Shown here piece by piece: positions 1 to 10,448 of a stretch of DNA of 64,000 nt. Under the pieces are notes generated by a model, which saw nothing but the letters and a program-made list of their open reading frames with translations, did not search any database and was not told where the DNA came from. The translations under genes were made by a program, and so were the position numbers. Source of the DNA: an uncultured Chloroflexia bacterium (lineage in GTDB: Bacteria > Chloroflexota > Anaerolineae > CG2-30-64-16); assembly GCA_963810095.1 (NCBI GenBank), contig CAWEMM010000007.1:384001-448000 (forward strand), in the 5' to 3' direction. The first letter of the stretch is position 1; every line of letters begins with the position of its first letter.

Positions 1-83
1 GCGACTGGTTGCGATGACGCAGCCTTTCTGGCCGAAACCCGCCTTCTCTTCTAGAATGTCGCGAGAGACCCAAGGAGGCTCGC

Positions 84-1763
84 ATGGACTATCCGAAGTT
101 TGATCCGTTTGATTGGGAGAGCGTCCGGCCGCATGTCGACGCGCTGCTCGCTGGCGACCTCACGCCCGATTCCGTGCCGGCGTGGCTGGCGCAGTGGAGC
201 GGCATCGAGAGCGTAATGTACGAGGCTCAGGCCCAGGTGTACCGCGATACGATGGAAGACACGACGAACGCGGACGCGGACCGCCGCTTCAAGATCCTGG
301 TCGACGACATCGTGCCCAAGATGCGGGTTGCGCAGCAGGCGCTGCGCGGCAAACTGCTCGCCGTGCCGGGCTATGTGCCCCAGGCGGACCATGCGCTGCT
401 GGTGCGGCGCTTTCGGGCGCAGGCCGCCATCTTTAGCCCGGAGAATGTCCCGCTGCTGAGCGAGCTCATGACCCTGGAGAACGAGTTCGAGAAGCTGATG
501 GGCGGGCTGATGGTGGACCTGGACGGCGAGAAGAAGACGGTGCCCCAGGCCACCGCGCAGCTGTCCATGAACCCCGACCGGGCCGCACGCGAGCGCGCCT
601 GGCGGGCCGTGCAGGCCGCGTACCTGGAACAGCGCCAGGCGCTCAACGAGCTCTATCTCCGGATGCTGAAGCTGCGGCGGCAGGTGGCGAGGAACGCCGG
701 CTTGCCTGACTTCCGGGCGTACAAATGGCAGGAGCTCTCCCGCTTCGACTACACGCCCGAAGATTGCTTCACCTACCACGACGCCATCGAACACGCCGTG
801 GTGCCCTTGGCGTCGCGGATCTATGCCGAGCGCGCCGCCGCGCTTGGACAACGCTCGATGCGTCCCTGGGACACCAAGTTCGACCCGCACGGCGAGCCGC
901 TGCGCCCGTTCGAGAACGTGGCAGAGCTCGAGGAGGGTTGTCAGCGGATCTTCGACAGCCTGGACCCAGCGCTTGGCGCCGACTTTCGTGTGATGCGCGA
1001 CGGCTTCCTCGACCTGGCGTCACGGCCGAACAAGGGCGGCGGGGGCTTCTGCGACATGTTCCCCGTGTCGGGCAAGCCCTACATCTTTATGAATGCGGTG
1101 GGGTCGGACGACGACGTTCATACGCTGCTGCACGAGGGGGGCCACTCGTTTCACTTCATGGCTTCGCGGAACGAACTGCACTGGAACCAGAACGGGCCGA
1201 TGGAGTTCTGCGAGGTTGCATCTATGGGCATGGAACTGCTGGCCGCGCCGTTCCTCACCAAAGAGCGGGGCGGCTTCTATACAGCAGCCGAAGCCCGCCG
1301 GGCGCTGGCCCACGGGCTGGAAGAGACGGTCACCTTCCTCCCCTACATGGCCGTGGTCGATGCCTTCCAGCACTGGGTGTATGTGGATGCGCCCGAGGAC
1401 GTAACCGCCGCGGACATGGACGCCAAGTGGAGCGAGTTGTGGGACCGCTTCATGCCGGGCGTCGACTACAGCGGGCTGGAAACCGAGAAGGAAACCGGGT
1501 GGCACCACAAGCTGCACATCTTCAGCGTGCCCTTCTACTATATCGAGTACGGCCTGGCCCAGCTTGGCGCGCTGCAGGTGTGGCAGAATGCCCTGCGCGA
1601 CCAGCCGAAAGCGCTGGCCGACTACCGCCGGGCGCTCAGCCTGGGCTACACACGCGATCTTGCCGACCTCTTTTCCGCCGCAAACACGAAGTTTGCGTTC
1701 GACCGGCAGACGGTCGGCGGGCTGATGTCCCTGATCGAGGAGCAGCGGTCGGCCGGCGCCTAA
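84..1763 (+). CDS. pepF: Oligoendopeptidase F, peptidase family M3B
   Basis: 559 aa ORF with AAGGAGG RBS; HEGGH zinc motif, downstream EFCEVAS and HIFSVPFYYIEY motifs typical of M3B. Confidence 0.9.
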   Translation: MDYPKFDPFDWESVRPHVDALLAGDLTPDSVPAWLAQWSGIESVMYEAQAQVYRDTMEDTTNADADRRFKILVDDIVPKMRVAQQALRGKLLAVPGYVPQADHALLVRRFRAQAAIFSPENVPLLSELMTLENEFEKLMGGLMVDLDGEKKTVPQATAQLSMNPDRAARERAWRAVQAAYLEQRQALNELYLRMLKLRRQVARNAGLPDFRAYKWQELSRFDYTPEDCFTYHDAIEHAVVPLASRIYAERAAALGQRSMRPWDTKFDPHGEPLRPFENVAELEEGCQRIFDSLDPALGADFRVMRDGFLDLASRPNKGGGGFCDMFPVSGKPYIFMNAVGSDDDVHTLLHEGGHSFHFMASRNELHWNQNGPMEFCEVASMGMELLAAPFLTKERGGFYTAAEARRALAHGLEETVTFLPYMAVVDAFQHWVYVDAPEDVTAADMDAKWSELWDRFMPGVDYSGLETEKETGWHHKLHIFSVPFYYIEYGLAQLGALQVWQNALRDQPKALADYRRALSLGYTRDLADLFSAANTKFAFDRQTVGGLMSLIEEQRSAGA

Positions 1764-1772
1764 ACGGGTCTT

Positions 1773-1870
1773 AAATGGGACGCTGATGCAACTGATGGAA
1801 CTGATCTTCACGGTCCTTCGGGAATAAGATCGTGATAATCAGTCGGATCCGTTCAATCAGTGTCCCATTT
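1773..1870. repeat. Palindromic intergenic element, family A copy 1
   Basis: Left arm AAATGGGACGCTGATGCAACTGATGGAACTGAT, right arm ATCAGTCGGATCCGTTCAATCAGTGTCCCATTT; CTGAT recurs every 9 nt; six similar copies in the window. Confidence 0.85.
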
Positions 1871-1933
1871 CGTCCCTCGTCGTCTGTCGCGCCGCGAGGA
1901 GCGGTCGCGATTCCAGTGACTTGGAGAGGCAGC

Positions 1934-2608
1934 ATGAAGTTTCTTCTTACTTCCTCCGGCATCAAAAACGCCAGTATCCACAGCGCGCTCCTTGGCCTGT
2001 TGGGCAAACCGATCGCGGAATGCAGCGCACTGTGCATTCCAACTGCCATCTACCCCTTCCCCGGTGGCCCAACAATGGCTTACCGGTTCCTCAGCGGATC
2101 GACCTCCAACCCCATGTGCGAATTGGGTTGGAAGTCGCTGGGCGTGCTGGAACTGACTGCTCTACCGAGCATCAAGGCGGAATACTGGAAGGCCGCGGTC
2201 CGGGAGGCCGACGCCCTGCTTGTGTACGGCGGCGATGTCTGGTATCTGTGCCGCTGGATGCGGGAGTCGGGACTGGCCGAACTCTTGCCGGAATTGCCCG
2301 CGACGGTCTACGTTGGCGTGAGCGCCGGTAGCATGGTGACGGCGCCAATCTTCGGGGAGACGTACGACGATCCGGCTGCGCCCTTCGTCATCGATCAGGG
2401 GCTGGGACTGGTTGACTTTGCTTTGCTTCCGCACGTGGATCACGAGGGGCATCCGGAAAGCTCGATGGCCAAGGTAGAAAGGATGGCCGCCGAGGTGCCG
2501 GTGCCGACCTATGCCATCGACGATCAGACTGCCATCAAGGTGGTCGACGGCACGGTCGAAGTCATCTCCGAGGGGCGCTGGAGGCTGTTCAACCGGGAAT
2601 CGGCCTGA
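1934..2608 (+). CDS. Peptidase E / S51 family (class I glutamine amidotransferase-like)
   Basis: Start MKFLLTSSGI after GGAGAGG; GGD..YL and GVSAGS nucleophile motif, PH motif, YAIDDQTAI C-terminus. Confidence 0.85.
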   Translation: MKFLLTSSGIKNASIHSALLGLLGKPIAECSALCIPTAIYPFPGGPTMAYRFLSGSTSNPMCELGWKSLGVLELTALPSIKAEYWKAAVREADALLVYGGDVWYLCRWMRESGLAELLPELPATVYVGVSAGSMVTAPIFGETYDDPAAPFVIDQGLGLVDFALLPHVDHEGHPESSMAKVERMAAEVPVPTYAIDDQTAIKVVDGTVEVISEGRWRLFNRESA

Positions 2609-2747
2609 TTCGGGCGGGGCGGCGCCACGCCAGAAGACCGGACACAATCAACGAGCAATTGCCCTCGGCTCACCGCCCGCACGTCCGCCCGGTGAGTCGC
2701 AGGGAGACGGCAGTCCTGCACCCTGCCGCCTCCGGGCGCCCGCTGCG

Positions 2748-3956
2748 TCAGCCTGCCAGCCAGTCGCGAATCCTGGCGTACACTTCCGGCCGCTTAAGCA
2801 GGCCCATATGGCTCGTGTGATAACTGATCCACCGGTTCGACTCGGGGAATGCCAGGCAGTAGTCGGGGTTCTTGTGAATTCCGAGTGCGCTGTCCAGCGG
2901 GACGATACCGTCGCCCAAGACACGGCTTTTCACGTTGCTCGCCTGTGACCCCAGCGTCGCACCGATGGCATAGCACGAGACGTCGGAAGGTAAGGGCACC
3001 GGGCAGCGCGTGTCACGACCGTCGCCGAAGCGATCCAGCCCCTGCCAGTCCTCGTCGCTGACGCTGCCATGGCGGAGGTCGGTAATGCCGGCGCTGCGCG
3101 TCGTGCCGAGGCGGCGGAAGGGCGCCGAGTAGCGCGTGGCGTTCAGGAGCGCATCCGCCCGGTTGCCGGCCCGTTCGAGCCGTGAGCCGTGGTGCGGGGT
3201 CCCGAGGAAGACCATGTGGTGCAGCCGGCGAGGCCAGGTCTGATTGCCGATCGTGCCGTAGTAAACGGCACTGCGAGCCACCAGGCCGCCCATGCTGTAC
3301 CCGACAATCGCAATCTCCTCCACCGGTTCGGGCCATTCCTCGACCAAACACTCGAGCAAATCGGTCAGACGCTTCCCGTTCGTCGAAACGTGCAGCCCCG
3401 TGTTGTAGTAAAGGTAGAGGGCGGTGTAGCCCAGTTCCCGAGCCAGTTCCGCGCCGTGATCATGGTCCCCCTGCCGCCACCCCAGATCGTTCATGCAGAG
3501 GCCGTGGACGAGCACGAGCAGTCTCTTCCCCGGCGACGGGAGAGCGGAGCGGATCGAGGAAGGGTCGAGCACCAGGGGCACGCCCTCATGCCGCAGAGAC
3601 ATCTGGATAGCCAGTGGGTTAGCGCTGGCTTCGAGATGATCTCCCCAGACACCGTTGAGGATCGCCAGCGCAGTTTCGCGCTCCGGCGTGGAGGCAGAGC
3701 GGGCTCCGGCAGTCCGCCCAGCCCTGTTCTGAGCCGCCTGCGCGCCCACGTCCGCCACTTTGTAACCCACGCGGATGCCTCGGTAGACCAGGCCGGGGAT
3801 GCCCCCCATGTGGCGGGAGCCTGTCGACGAAAAGGGGTCCAGCGGTGCGGCGATCGATGCGTGTACGCCCTCTACAACGTCCGTAATCGTATATGCCCCG
3901 TCCAAAGCGAAACGGCCAAGGCCCAGCAAGTCAATCAGTCCGGTATTGCTCTTCAA
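2748..3956 (-). CDS. PGAP1-like alpha/beta hydrolase
   Basis: VHGLCMND oxyanion motif, GYSMGG lipase box, LGTPHHGS, GDGIVP and C-terminal His; TTG start chosen from an AAGGA RBS (ORF open to 4085). Confidence 0.8.
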   Translation of the reverse strand: MKSNTGLIDLLGLGRFALDGAYTITDVVEGVHASIAAPLDPFSSTGSRHMGGIPGLVYRGIRVGYKVADVGAQAAQNRAGRTAGARSASTPERETALAILNGVWGDHLEASANPLAIQMSLRHEGVPLVLDPSSIRSALPSPGKRLLVLVHGLCMNDLGWRQGDHDHGAELARELGYTALYLYYNTGLHVSTNGKRLTDLLECLVEEWPEPVEEIAIVGYSMGGLVARSAVYYGTIGNQTWPRRLHHMVFLGTPHHGSRLERAGNRADALLNATRYSAPFRRLGTTRSAGITDLRHGSVSDEDWQGLDRFGDGRDTRCPVPLPSDVSCYAIGATLGSQASNVKSRVLGDGIVPLDSALGIHKNPDYCLAFPESNRWISYHTSHMGLLKRPEVYARIRDWLAG

Positions 3957-4201
3957 AACAAAATCCTTAGTTAGCAGCAAAATTGAGAGCCCGCAGCCCG
4001 ACCATCCGGTTGGGTCGACATTACGATCACAGCCGCACTGCGCACAGAATGGCACCGTAGCCGAATACGGAGAGTTGATATGCAAGGAGCGCTACCATGC
4101 CCGTGTGCCTTAAGGCAAACAAAAGGATGTCTCCGTGAGACCGCCGTGCCCGAACACGGGGCCTGAACCTCCATTTGCCCACGATCTGTTTCAGGGTCTC
4201 G

Positions 4202-4247
4202 CCCTAACGAAGAAGACGACCGTCGCCGGCCGTCTTCTTCGTTAGGG
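4202..4247. terminator. Strong hairpin downstream of the GH3 gene (probable terminator)
   Basis: Perfect 17-bp arms CCCTAACGAAGAAGACG / CGTCTTCTTCGTTAGGG; no clear U-tract. Confidence 0.5.
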
Positions 4248-4321
4248 GGCTGCAAAGGCTATGGGAGGAATCATCGTGTCTGTTGGAAGCTGCCCTCAAT
4301 AAGGCGCTCGATCTTCCGGCC

Positions 4322-6991
4322 CTAGACTGCCTCTTGCACGAACAACCGTCCGGAAAGCCGCTGGTCCTGTGACGAGGCCCCCAGCAGCAACTCCACCTCG
4401 CCCGGCTCGGTCACCCACCCGGCGCCGCCCCAATACGCCAAGTCGGACGCGGGCAGCTCGAAGCTGACCTCTTTCGCCTCACCCGGGGCAAGACTCACCC
4501 GGGCGAAGCCCTTCAGCTCGCGCACGGGCCGCTCAACCGCTGAGTGCGGGTAGCGCACGTACAACTGCACGACTTCGTCGCCCGCGAGCGAGCCAGCATT
4601 GCGAATTGTCGCACAGATGCTCGCCCGTCCCCCACGTCGATGTGGTCCGGCGTCACCCGGAGACCGCTGTACTCGAAGTGCGTGTAGCTCAAGCCGTGAC
4701 CGAAAGGATAGAGCGGCTCGCCTGTCATGAAGCGGTAGGTCCGGGCGCCCAAGGGCGAAGCCATCGCGTAATCTTCAAACGGTGGAAGCTGATCGACGGA
4801 CTTGTAGACGGTGACCGGCAGCCGGCCAGCGGGATTGGCATCGCCGAAGAGGACGTCCGCCAGCCCGCTCCCACCTTCCTCGCCGCCGTACCACGCGTGA
4901 AGGATGGCCGGCACGTTCTCGTCCGCCCAGTTGACCGTGATTGCGCTGCCCCCCAGCAACACCAGGACCACGGGCTTGCCCAGCCCCGCAACCCGACGCA
5001 ACAGGGCCTCTTGCGGCGCAGGCAGGCCGATATCTGTCCGGTCGCCCGCCTCGAAGCCGGGGATGCGCACGGGCATCTCTTCGCCTTCCACCTCGGGTGA
5101 AAGGCCCAGAACCAGCACGACGACTTCGGCCCGCTCCGCGGCCTCCAGCGCGGCCGCCGGATCGTCTTCGCCGGGCCGCGCCCACAGCAACTGCACTTCG
5201 GGCGAGCGGCCCTCGTTCACGTACTCCAGCCGCAAGTCATAGAGTCGACCAGCTTCCAGTTCCACTGCGACCGACCGGGTGATCGGCTGATGCTCGTCCA
5301 GGTTGGCCGGCAGCAGCTCGCGGCCGTCCAGCAGGAGCCGGCACCCGCTCGATGCGCGCGCGCCGAGGCTGTACTGCCCCGAAACCGGCGCGGTAAGTGC
5401 GCCCTCCCAGCACGCCGAGAAATGCTCGAAGACAGGTCCGCCCAACGGCGACACGTCGCGCCAGGAAAAGTCCACCGTGTGGTCGATTCGGCTGAAGGCA
5501 ACCTTGCCTGACGTTCCGCCTGCGCCCGCAGCGTATGTGCCGAGCAGACCGGATGCCGGCGCTCCACACGTGTCCGTCGGCGGGCGCAGGTAGGCGGGGG
5601 GAATCGGCGCCAGGCGCGGTGCGCCCTCCGCGATCGCACAGCCCTGCGCTGTGTAGACTACCGTGGCAGGTGAGACCTTGCGGCGGATGCCTTCCAGCGG
5701 CGTCACAGCACGCGAGGCCATGCCGCAGTAGTTCCCAAGCAGCACGTCCAGTCTATCCGCGACAGGACCGATGACCGCAACGGACTTGAGGGACTTGTCG
5801 AGCGGGAGCAAGCGGACGTCCGCCAACGTCGGCGTTCTTCAGGAGCACGATACTTTCGGTTGCCGCCCGGCGGCTCAGCGCCCGGTGGGCCGCGCAGTCG
5901 TTGACCTCGTACGGTATCCCCGCGTACGGGTCCTGCTCCGGCCCGTCGAACATGCCGAGGCTGAACCGTGCTGTGAACACGCGGCGGACCGACCGGTCGA
6001 TGTCCGCCTCGGTGAGCAGACCGGACTCCACGGCTTCGAGCAGCGCGCCGAACGCGCACCCGCACTCCAGGTCACACCCCGCGCGCACCGCCAGCGCCGA
6101 CGCCTCGGCCGGCGTCTGCACCAGCTTGTGCCCGCCGTAGATGTCGTCGAGTGCGAAACAGTCCGACACGATGACGCCCTCGAAGCCCCATTCGCCCCGC
6201 ACAATCTTGGTCAACAGGGTGGGGCTGGCGCACGCGGCCTCCCCGTTCACCCGGTTGTATGCGCCCATGACGGACGCTGCGCGTCCCTCCTTCACGCACG
6301 CCTCGAACGCCCGGAGGTACGTCTCGCGCAGGTCGCGCTCGCTCACGACCGCATTGAACTCGTGGCGGCTGATCTCCGGGCCACTGTGGGCGGCGAGGTG
6401 CTTGGGTGTCGCTACCAACTTCAAGCGCCCCGCCGGCCGCGCGGGGTCATCCTCGCCCTGCAGGCCGCGCACGAACGCCACGCCGATGCGCGAGGTGAGG
6501 TAAGGATCTTCGCCGTACGTCTCCTGCCCCCGGCCCCAGCGGGGGTCGCGAAAGATGTTGACATTCGGCGACCAGGCGGTCAGGCCGGTGTATATCTCCC
6601 GGTAGCCCTGCCGGGCGAACTCGTGGTGCTTCGCGCGCGCTTCGTCGGAGATGGCCGTGGCGACCTCGGAGATCAACGCCGTATCCCAGGTGGCGGCCAG
6701 GCCGATCGCCTGCGGAAATACCGTCGCAACCCCGGCCCGCGCCACACCGTGCAGGCATTCGTTCCACCAGTTGTACTTTGGGATGCTCCGCCATTCGCCA
6801 ATGGCGCGCCATTCGTCAATGGCGGCCCATTCGTCAATGGCGGCCCAATCGTCATTGGCGGCCCGCTCGATGGGGGGCGAGTCATAGGCCATCTGGCTGA
6901 CCTTCTCCTCGAGCGTCATCCGGTTGACGAGGTCGTCGACGCGCGCCGCGATGGGCAGCGAGGGGTCGCGGTAGGCTGGGGTCGTCGTCAT
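4322..6991 (-). CDS. GH3 beta-glucosidase/xylosidase with PA14 insert and C-terminal Fn3-like domain (frameshifts near 5830 and 4590-4625)
   Basis: Three overlapping ORF pieces give WWNECLHG, RDPRWGRGQETYGEDP, KH, VSDC nucleophile, EGEE/GDR, PFGHGLSYT and QLYV..P.S...RP.RELKGF. Confidence 0.9.
6791..6862. repeat. 4 x 18-bp in-frame tandem repeat inside the GH3 gene
   Basis: Units CCATTCGCCAATGGCGCG, CCATTCGTCAATGGCGGC x2, CCAATCGTCATTGGCGGC; encodes AANDDW-AAIDEW-AAIDEW-RAIGEW. Confidence 0.9.
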
Positions 6992-7026
6992 GGTCGCCTC
7001 TTAGTGCGTGATTGCGCGCCCTTCGC

Positions 7027-7890
7027 TCAGCCTTTGAGCGCGCCGGCCGTCAGGCCCGATACGATCTGCCGCTCGGCAATGAGATAGAAGATAATCGCGG
7101 GTATTGCGGACAGGGCGACGAAAGCGGATACCGCCGCCAGGTCCGAGCTGTATTGGCCCTGAAACTGCATCGTTCCGAGTGGCAGCGTCCACTTGCTCTC
7201 GCTGTCCAGGATCACCAGGGGCGTGAGCAGGTCGTTCCAGCTGACAATCAACGTCAGCACGCCGACCGCGGCCAGCGCGGGCCGAACCAAAGGGATCAGG
7301 ACGCGCCAGAAAAAGCCAAAGGCGCTGCAGCCGTCGATGCTCGCGGCGTCCTGCAGATCGCTGGGAACGGCTGCGAAGAAGCCGCGGAGGATCAGGAGGC
7401 TGCTCGAGATCCCGAAGGCCGTTTCTACGAGGATGACGGCGAGGAGCGAATCGGTCAATGCCATCTGGCGAATCACCAGGTAGACCGGCATGATCGCAAC
7501 GGTGATCGGGAACATCAGCCCCAGGGTCAGGAACGTGAAGATTGCGTTCTTGCCCCTGAATCTCATGCGGGCAAAGACGTACGCAGCCATGCTGCACACG
7601 ATCAGCACGCCAAGCGTCGACGCGACCGCCACGATCAGGCTGTTCTTCATGAAGACCCAGTACGAGGGCGTGCCCAGGATCGACCGGTAGTTCTCCCAGC
7701 GCGGCGGATTCGGGATCGAGTAGGGACTCAGGAACATCTCGCCGGTCGTCTTCAGGCTGGCGAACAGCAGGACCACGAGGGGCACGATGATGACCACGGT
7801 GATCAGTGCAAGGACCAGGTATTGAAAGAACCTGGTCCGGAACTTGCGTCCGGCCCTTCTTCGTGGGGCACACGCTGAGGCTTGAGCCAT
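7027..7890 (-). CDS. Carbohydrate ABC transporter permease (MalG-like)
   Basis: Hydrophobic helices, DAASIDGC EAA loop, SWNDLL and GLTAGALKG C-terminus. Confidence 0.92.
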   Translation of the reverse strand: MAQASACAPRRRAGRKFRTRFFQYLVLALITVVIIVPLVVLLFASLKTTGEMFLSPYSIPNPPRWENYRSILGTPSYWVFMKNSLIVAVASTLGVLIVCSMAAYVFARMRFRGKNAIFTFLTLGLMFPITVAIMPVYLVIRQMALTDSLLAVILVETAFGISSSLLILRGFFAAVPSDLQDAASIDGCSAFGFFWRVLIPLVRPALAAVGVLTLIVSWNDLLTPLVILDSESKWTLPLGTMQFQGQYSSDLAAVSAFVALSAIPAIIFYLIAERQIVSGLTAGALKG

Positions 7891-7927
7891 GGTCGTTCCT
7901 TTCGAGCGCGCTACGGCTCGGCCGTAG

Positions 7928-8860
7928 TTAGTATTCTTCCTGCCACGCGAGGCGCATGTAGGCCACGGCGAAGCCCAGGCAGATCACCAACATGACCAAC
8001 ACGACGGCCGAGCCGTAGCCCAGCTGGTAACGCTTGAAGCCAAAGCGATACATGTAGGTCGCCATGAACTCGCTCGCGTTGACCGGCCCGCCGCCCGTCA
8101 TCACCCATACCAGGTTGAACTGCGTCAGCGAACCGAGGACGGACAGCAGGACCACCGTCTGAATGGTGCTGCTCAGCATCGGAATCGTGATGTAGCGCGT
8201 CAGCTGCCACGGGCTGGCGCCATCGATGAACGCCGCCTCGTCGACCTCCCGCGGGATATTCTGAAGCCCGGCCAGGAATAAGAGCATGTGCAGGCCAAAA
8301 TACTTCCAGCTCAGCACGACGAAGATGCAAAACACGACCTGGTGAATATCGCTCAGGAAGTTCTGGGGCTTGACTCCCGGGATGAGCACCAGGAGCGCGT
8401 TGATCAGCCCGCGCTCCGGATCGGCGTTGAAGAGGCTCATCCAGATAATGCCGGTGATCACTTCGGAAAGGACATAAGGCACGAAAAAGATCGTGCGAAA
8501 GATCGCCCGGCCCGGCAGATCGCGTCCCACCATGATCGAAAGCGCCAGGGCGAACGGCAGCTGTATCGCCAACGAGAGCACGACGATCAGGAAGCAGTTC
8601 AGGACTGCCTTCCTGAAGACGGCATCGTTGACGATTTCCTTGAAGTTTGCCAGGCCGACGAAGTCTGTTGCAGGGCCGAGGCCGTTCCAATCAAACGTGC
8701 TGAAGTAAACAGATCGCAGAATGGGGTAGACCAGGAAGGTGATGAAAAGGATCAGGGCCGGCGCCAGGAAGATGACGATCGTCGCCCGGTCTTGCGCTTT
8801 CCGGCTCGATCCACCGGCACGGCGCAGTTGGGTTACGTTACTAACGGTCGGCATCCCCAT
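7928..8860 (-). CDS. Carbohydrate ABC transporter permease (MalF-like)
   Basis: FVGLANF, AGLQNIP..EAAFIDGA EAA loop, MTGGGP, GYGSA motifs. Confidence 0.92.
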   Translation of the reverse strand: MGMPTVSNVTQLRRAGGSSRKAQDRATIVIFLAPALILFITFLVYPILRSVYFSTFDWNGLGPATDFVGLANFKEIVNDAVFRKAVLNCFLIVVLSLAIQLPFALALSIMVGRDLPGRAIFRTIFFVPYVLSEVITGIIWMSLFNADPERGLINALLVLIPGVKPQNFLSDIHQVVFCIFVVLSWKYFGLHMLLFLAGLQNIPREVDEAAFIDGASPWQLTRYITIPMLSSTIQTVVLLSVLGSLTQFNLVWVMTGGGPVNASEFMATYMYRFGFKRYQLGYGSAVVLVMLVICLGFAVAYMRLAWQEEY

Positions 8861-8924
8861 GTGAAATCATCCTTGTCCCGGATCCAGGTTGGTGTGCCTG
8901 GCGCCAGCCAATCCGCGCACTGGG

Positions 8925-8965
8925 GCGGCCGGCAATCGCCCGCGTACGAGTCGACTGCCGGCCGC
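8925..8965. other. Stem-loop between solute-binding protein and permease genes
   Basis: GCGGCCGGCA / TGCCGGCCGC inverted repeat in the position typical of mRNA-stabilising hairpins in ABC operons (function inferred). Confidence 0.45.
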
Positions 8966-8977
8966 GCTTACTGCCCA

Positions 8978-10339
8978 CTACTGCTTGATGTACTTGGCTG
9001 CCGCGTCTTCGATCGCCTTGGCAGCCTCAGCCGGCTTCGCGGTGCCCGCGAAGACCGTCTGCACCGAGGCGTTGATCGCATCGCCCACCGCCGATGGGAG
9101 GAACTGATCGTAGTATAGCTGGAAGTACTTCGCAGCCGCGAAAGCCTGCTGGACCGCGAGCATGTTGGGGTCCTTCAGGCCGGTCTCGCTGCCCTTCACC
9201 ACGGGGATGCCCATGCCCAACGAGGCCATCTGGGTCTGCGCGGCTTGGGACGAGATGAACTTGGCGAAGTCCACGGCTTCCGGCGAGGCGTTCTTGCCGA
9301 TGGCAAAACCGTTGCCGCCGCCGATAACATCCGTGGCATTGCCAGCACCCCCCTCAACCGCGGGGAAGCCGAACATGCCGAGGTTGGCAACGCCCTTCTT
9401 GTCCGCAGCATTCGCAGATTCGACCGAGGGGGCCCACTGGCCGGACAACTCCATGGCGGCCTTCCCGTTGCCGAAGGTGGCCTGCATCTCGTCGTGCGTG
9501 TTGCCGAGGAAGCCGGTCTGGAACGGCTCGAGGGCGATCAGCTCTTGTAGCTTCTCGAAAGCCTGCACGAACGCGGGGTCGGCAAAGGATCCCTTGCGGT
9601 TCAATGCAGCTTCAAAGGCGGCTTGCCCACCAATACGGGTCGCAAGATACGACCAGATGTGCATGCCGGTCCAGCTGTCCTTTTCGCCAAGGGCGATCGG
9701 GGTGATGCCGGCAGCCTTGAGCTTCTTTACCGCATCGAGGAACTCGGTCCAGTTCGTTGGGGGGGTCTGAATGCCGGCCTTGGCGAAGAGGTCCTTGTTG
9801 TACCACCAGCCGACCATGCCCATGTCCCACGGGACGCCATACTGCTTGCCGTCGTACGAGTAGACGGCCAGCGCACCCGGCGCGAAGGAGTTGCCCCACT
9901 CACCGCTCACGTCTGCGGTGATGTCCTTTAGCAAGCCTGCCTTGGCCTGTTCGACCATGGTGCCGCCGCCCCAGCTTTGGAAGATATCTGGCGGGTTGCC
10001 CGACTGCATGACGGTGCTCAGCTTGGTCTTGAAGGCCTCATTCTCGAGCACCGTGATTTTGACGTTCACGTTCGGGTGCGCGGCCATGTAGTCGTCGGCC
10101 AGCTTCTGCCAATAGCTAAGGCCGGGATCTTTTGTCGAGATGTGCCACCAGTTGACGTCTACCTTGTTCGCAGGGGCTGCCGGCGCGGTGGTAGCTGCCG
10201 GGGCTTCGGTTGCGGCTGCAGGGGCTGCCGGCGCGGTCGTCGGCTGCGCGGCGGGGGCCGGGGCAGCCGGCACGCACGCGCCCAGCAAGAGACTGGCTAG
10301 TACGATCAGGCTGATCAGGATCGAAACCTTGGTACGCAT
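8978..10339 (-). CDS. Sugar ABC transporter solute-binding lipoprotein (family 1)
   Basis: GGAGG RBS, lipobox LGAC, Ala/Pro linker, PPDIFQSWGGG, WYNKDLFAKAG, GKAAMELSGQW. Confidence 0.92.
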   Translation of the reverse strand: MRTKVSILISLIVLASLLLGACVPAAPAPAAQPTTAPAAPAAATEAPAATTAPAAPANKVDVNWWHISTKDPGLSYWQKLADDYMAAHPNVNVKITVLENEAFKTKLSTVMQSGNPPDIFQSWGGGTMVEQAKAGLLKDITADVSGEWGNSFAPGALAVYSYDGKQYGVPWDMGMVGWWYNKDLFAKAGIQTPPTNWTEFLDAVKKLKAAGITPIALGEKDSWTGMHIWSYLATRIGGQAAFEAALNRKGSFADPAFVQAFEKLQELIALEPFQTGFLGNTHDEMQATFGNGKAAMELSGQWAPSVESANAADKKGVANLGMFGFPAVEGGAGNATDVIGGGNGFAIGKNASPEAVDFAKFISSQAAQTQMASLGMGIPVVKGSETGLKDPNMLAVQQAFAAAKYFQLYYDQFLPSAVGDAINASVQTVFAGTAKPAEAAKAIEDAAAKYIKQ

Positions 10340-10448
10340 GTGTGCTCCTCCTGGTTGGATTATACTGGCACCCTTATCCACATCGATCACCCGAGCGCGC
10401 GACCTGGTGCTCTCGGGAGCAACGGCGCCACTGACTAATGGCGTGTGC

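Noticed and set aside
4110-4175. Possible c-di-GMP-I riboswitch (GGCAAAC...GCCTGAA)
   Set aside because: Lacks the GAAA-capped P2 stem and GACGCAAA segment, and is not oriented towards a downstream gene on that strand.
10170-10270. Repeated GCAGGGGCTGCCGGCGCGGT in the solute-binding protein gene
   Set aside because: Encodes the ordinary Ala/Pro/Thr linker after the lipobox.
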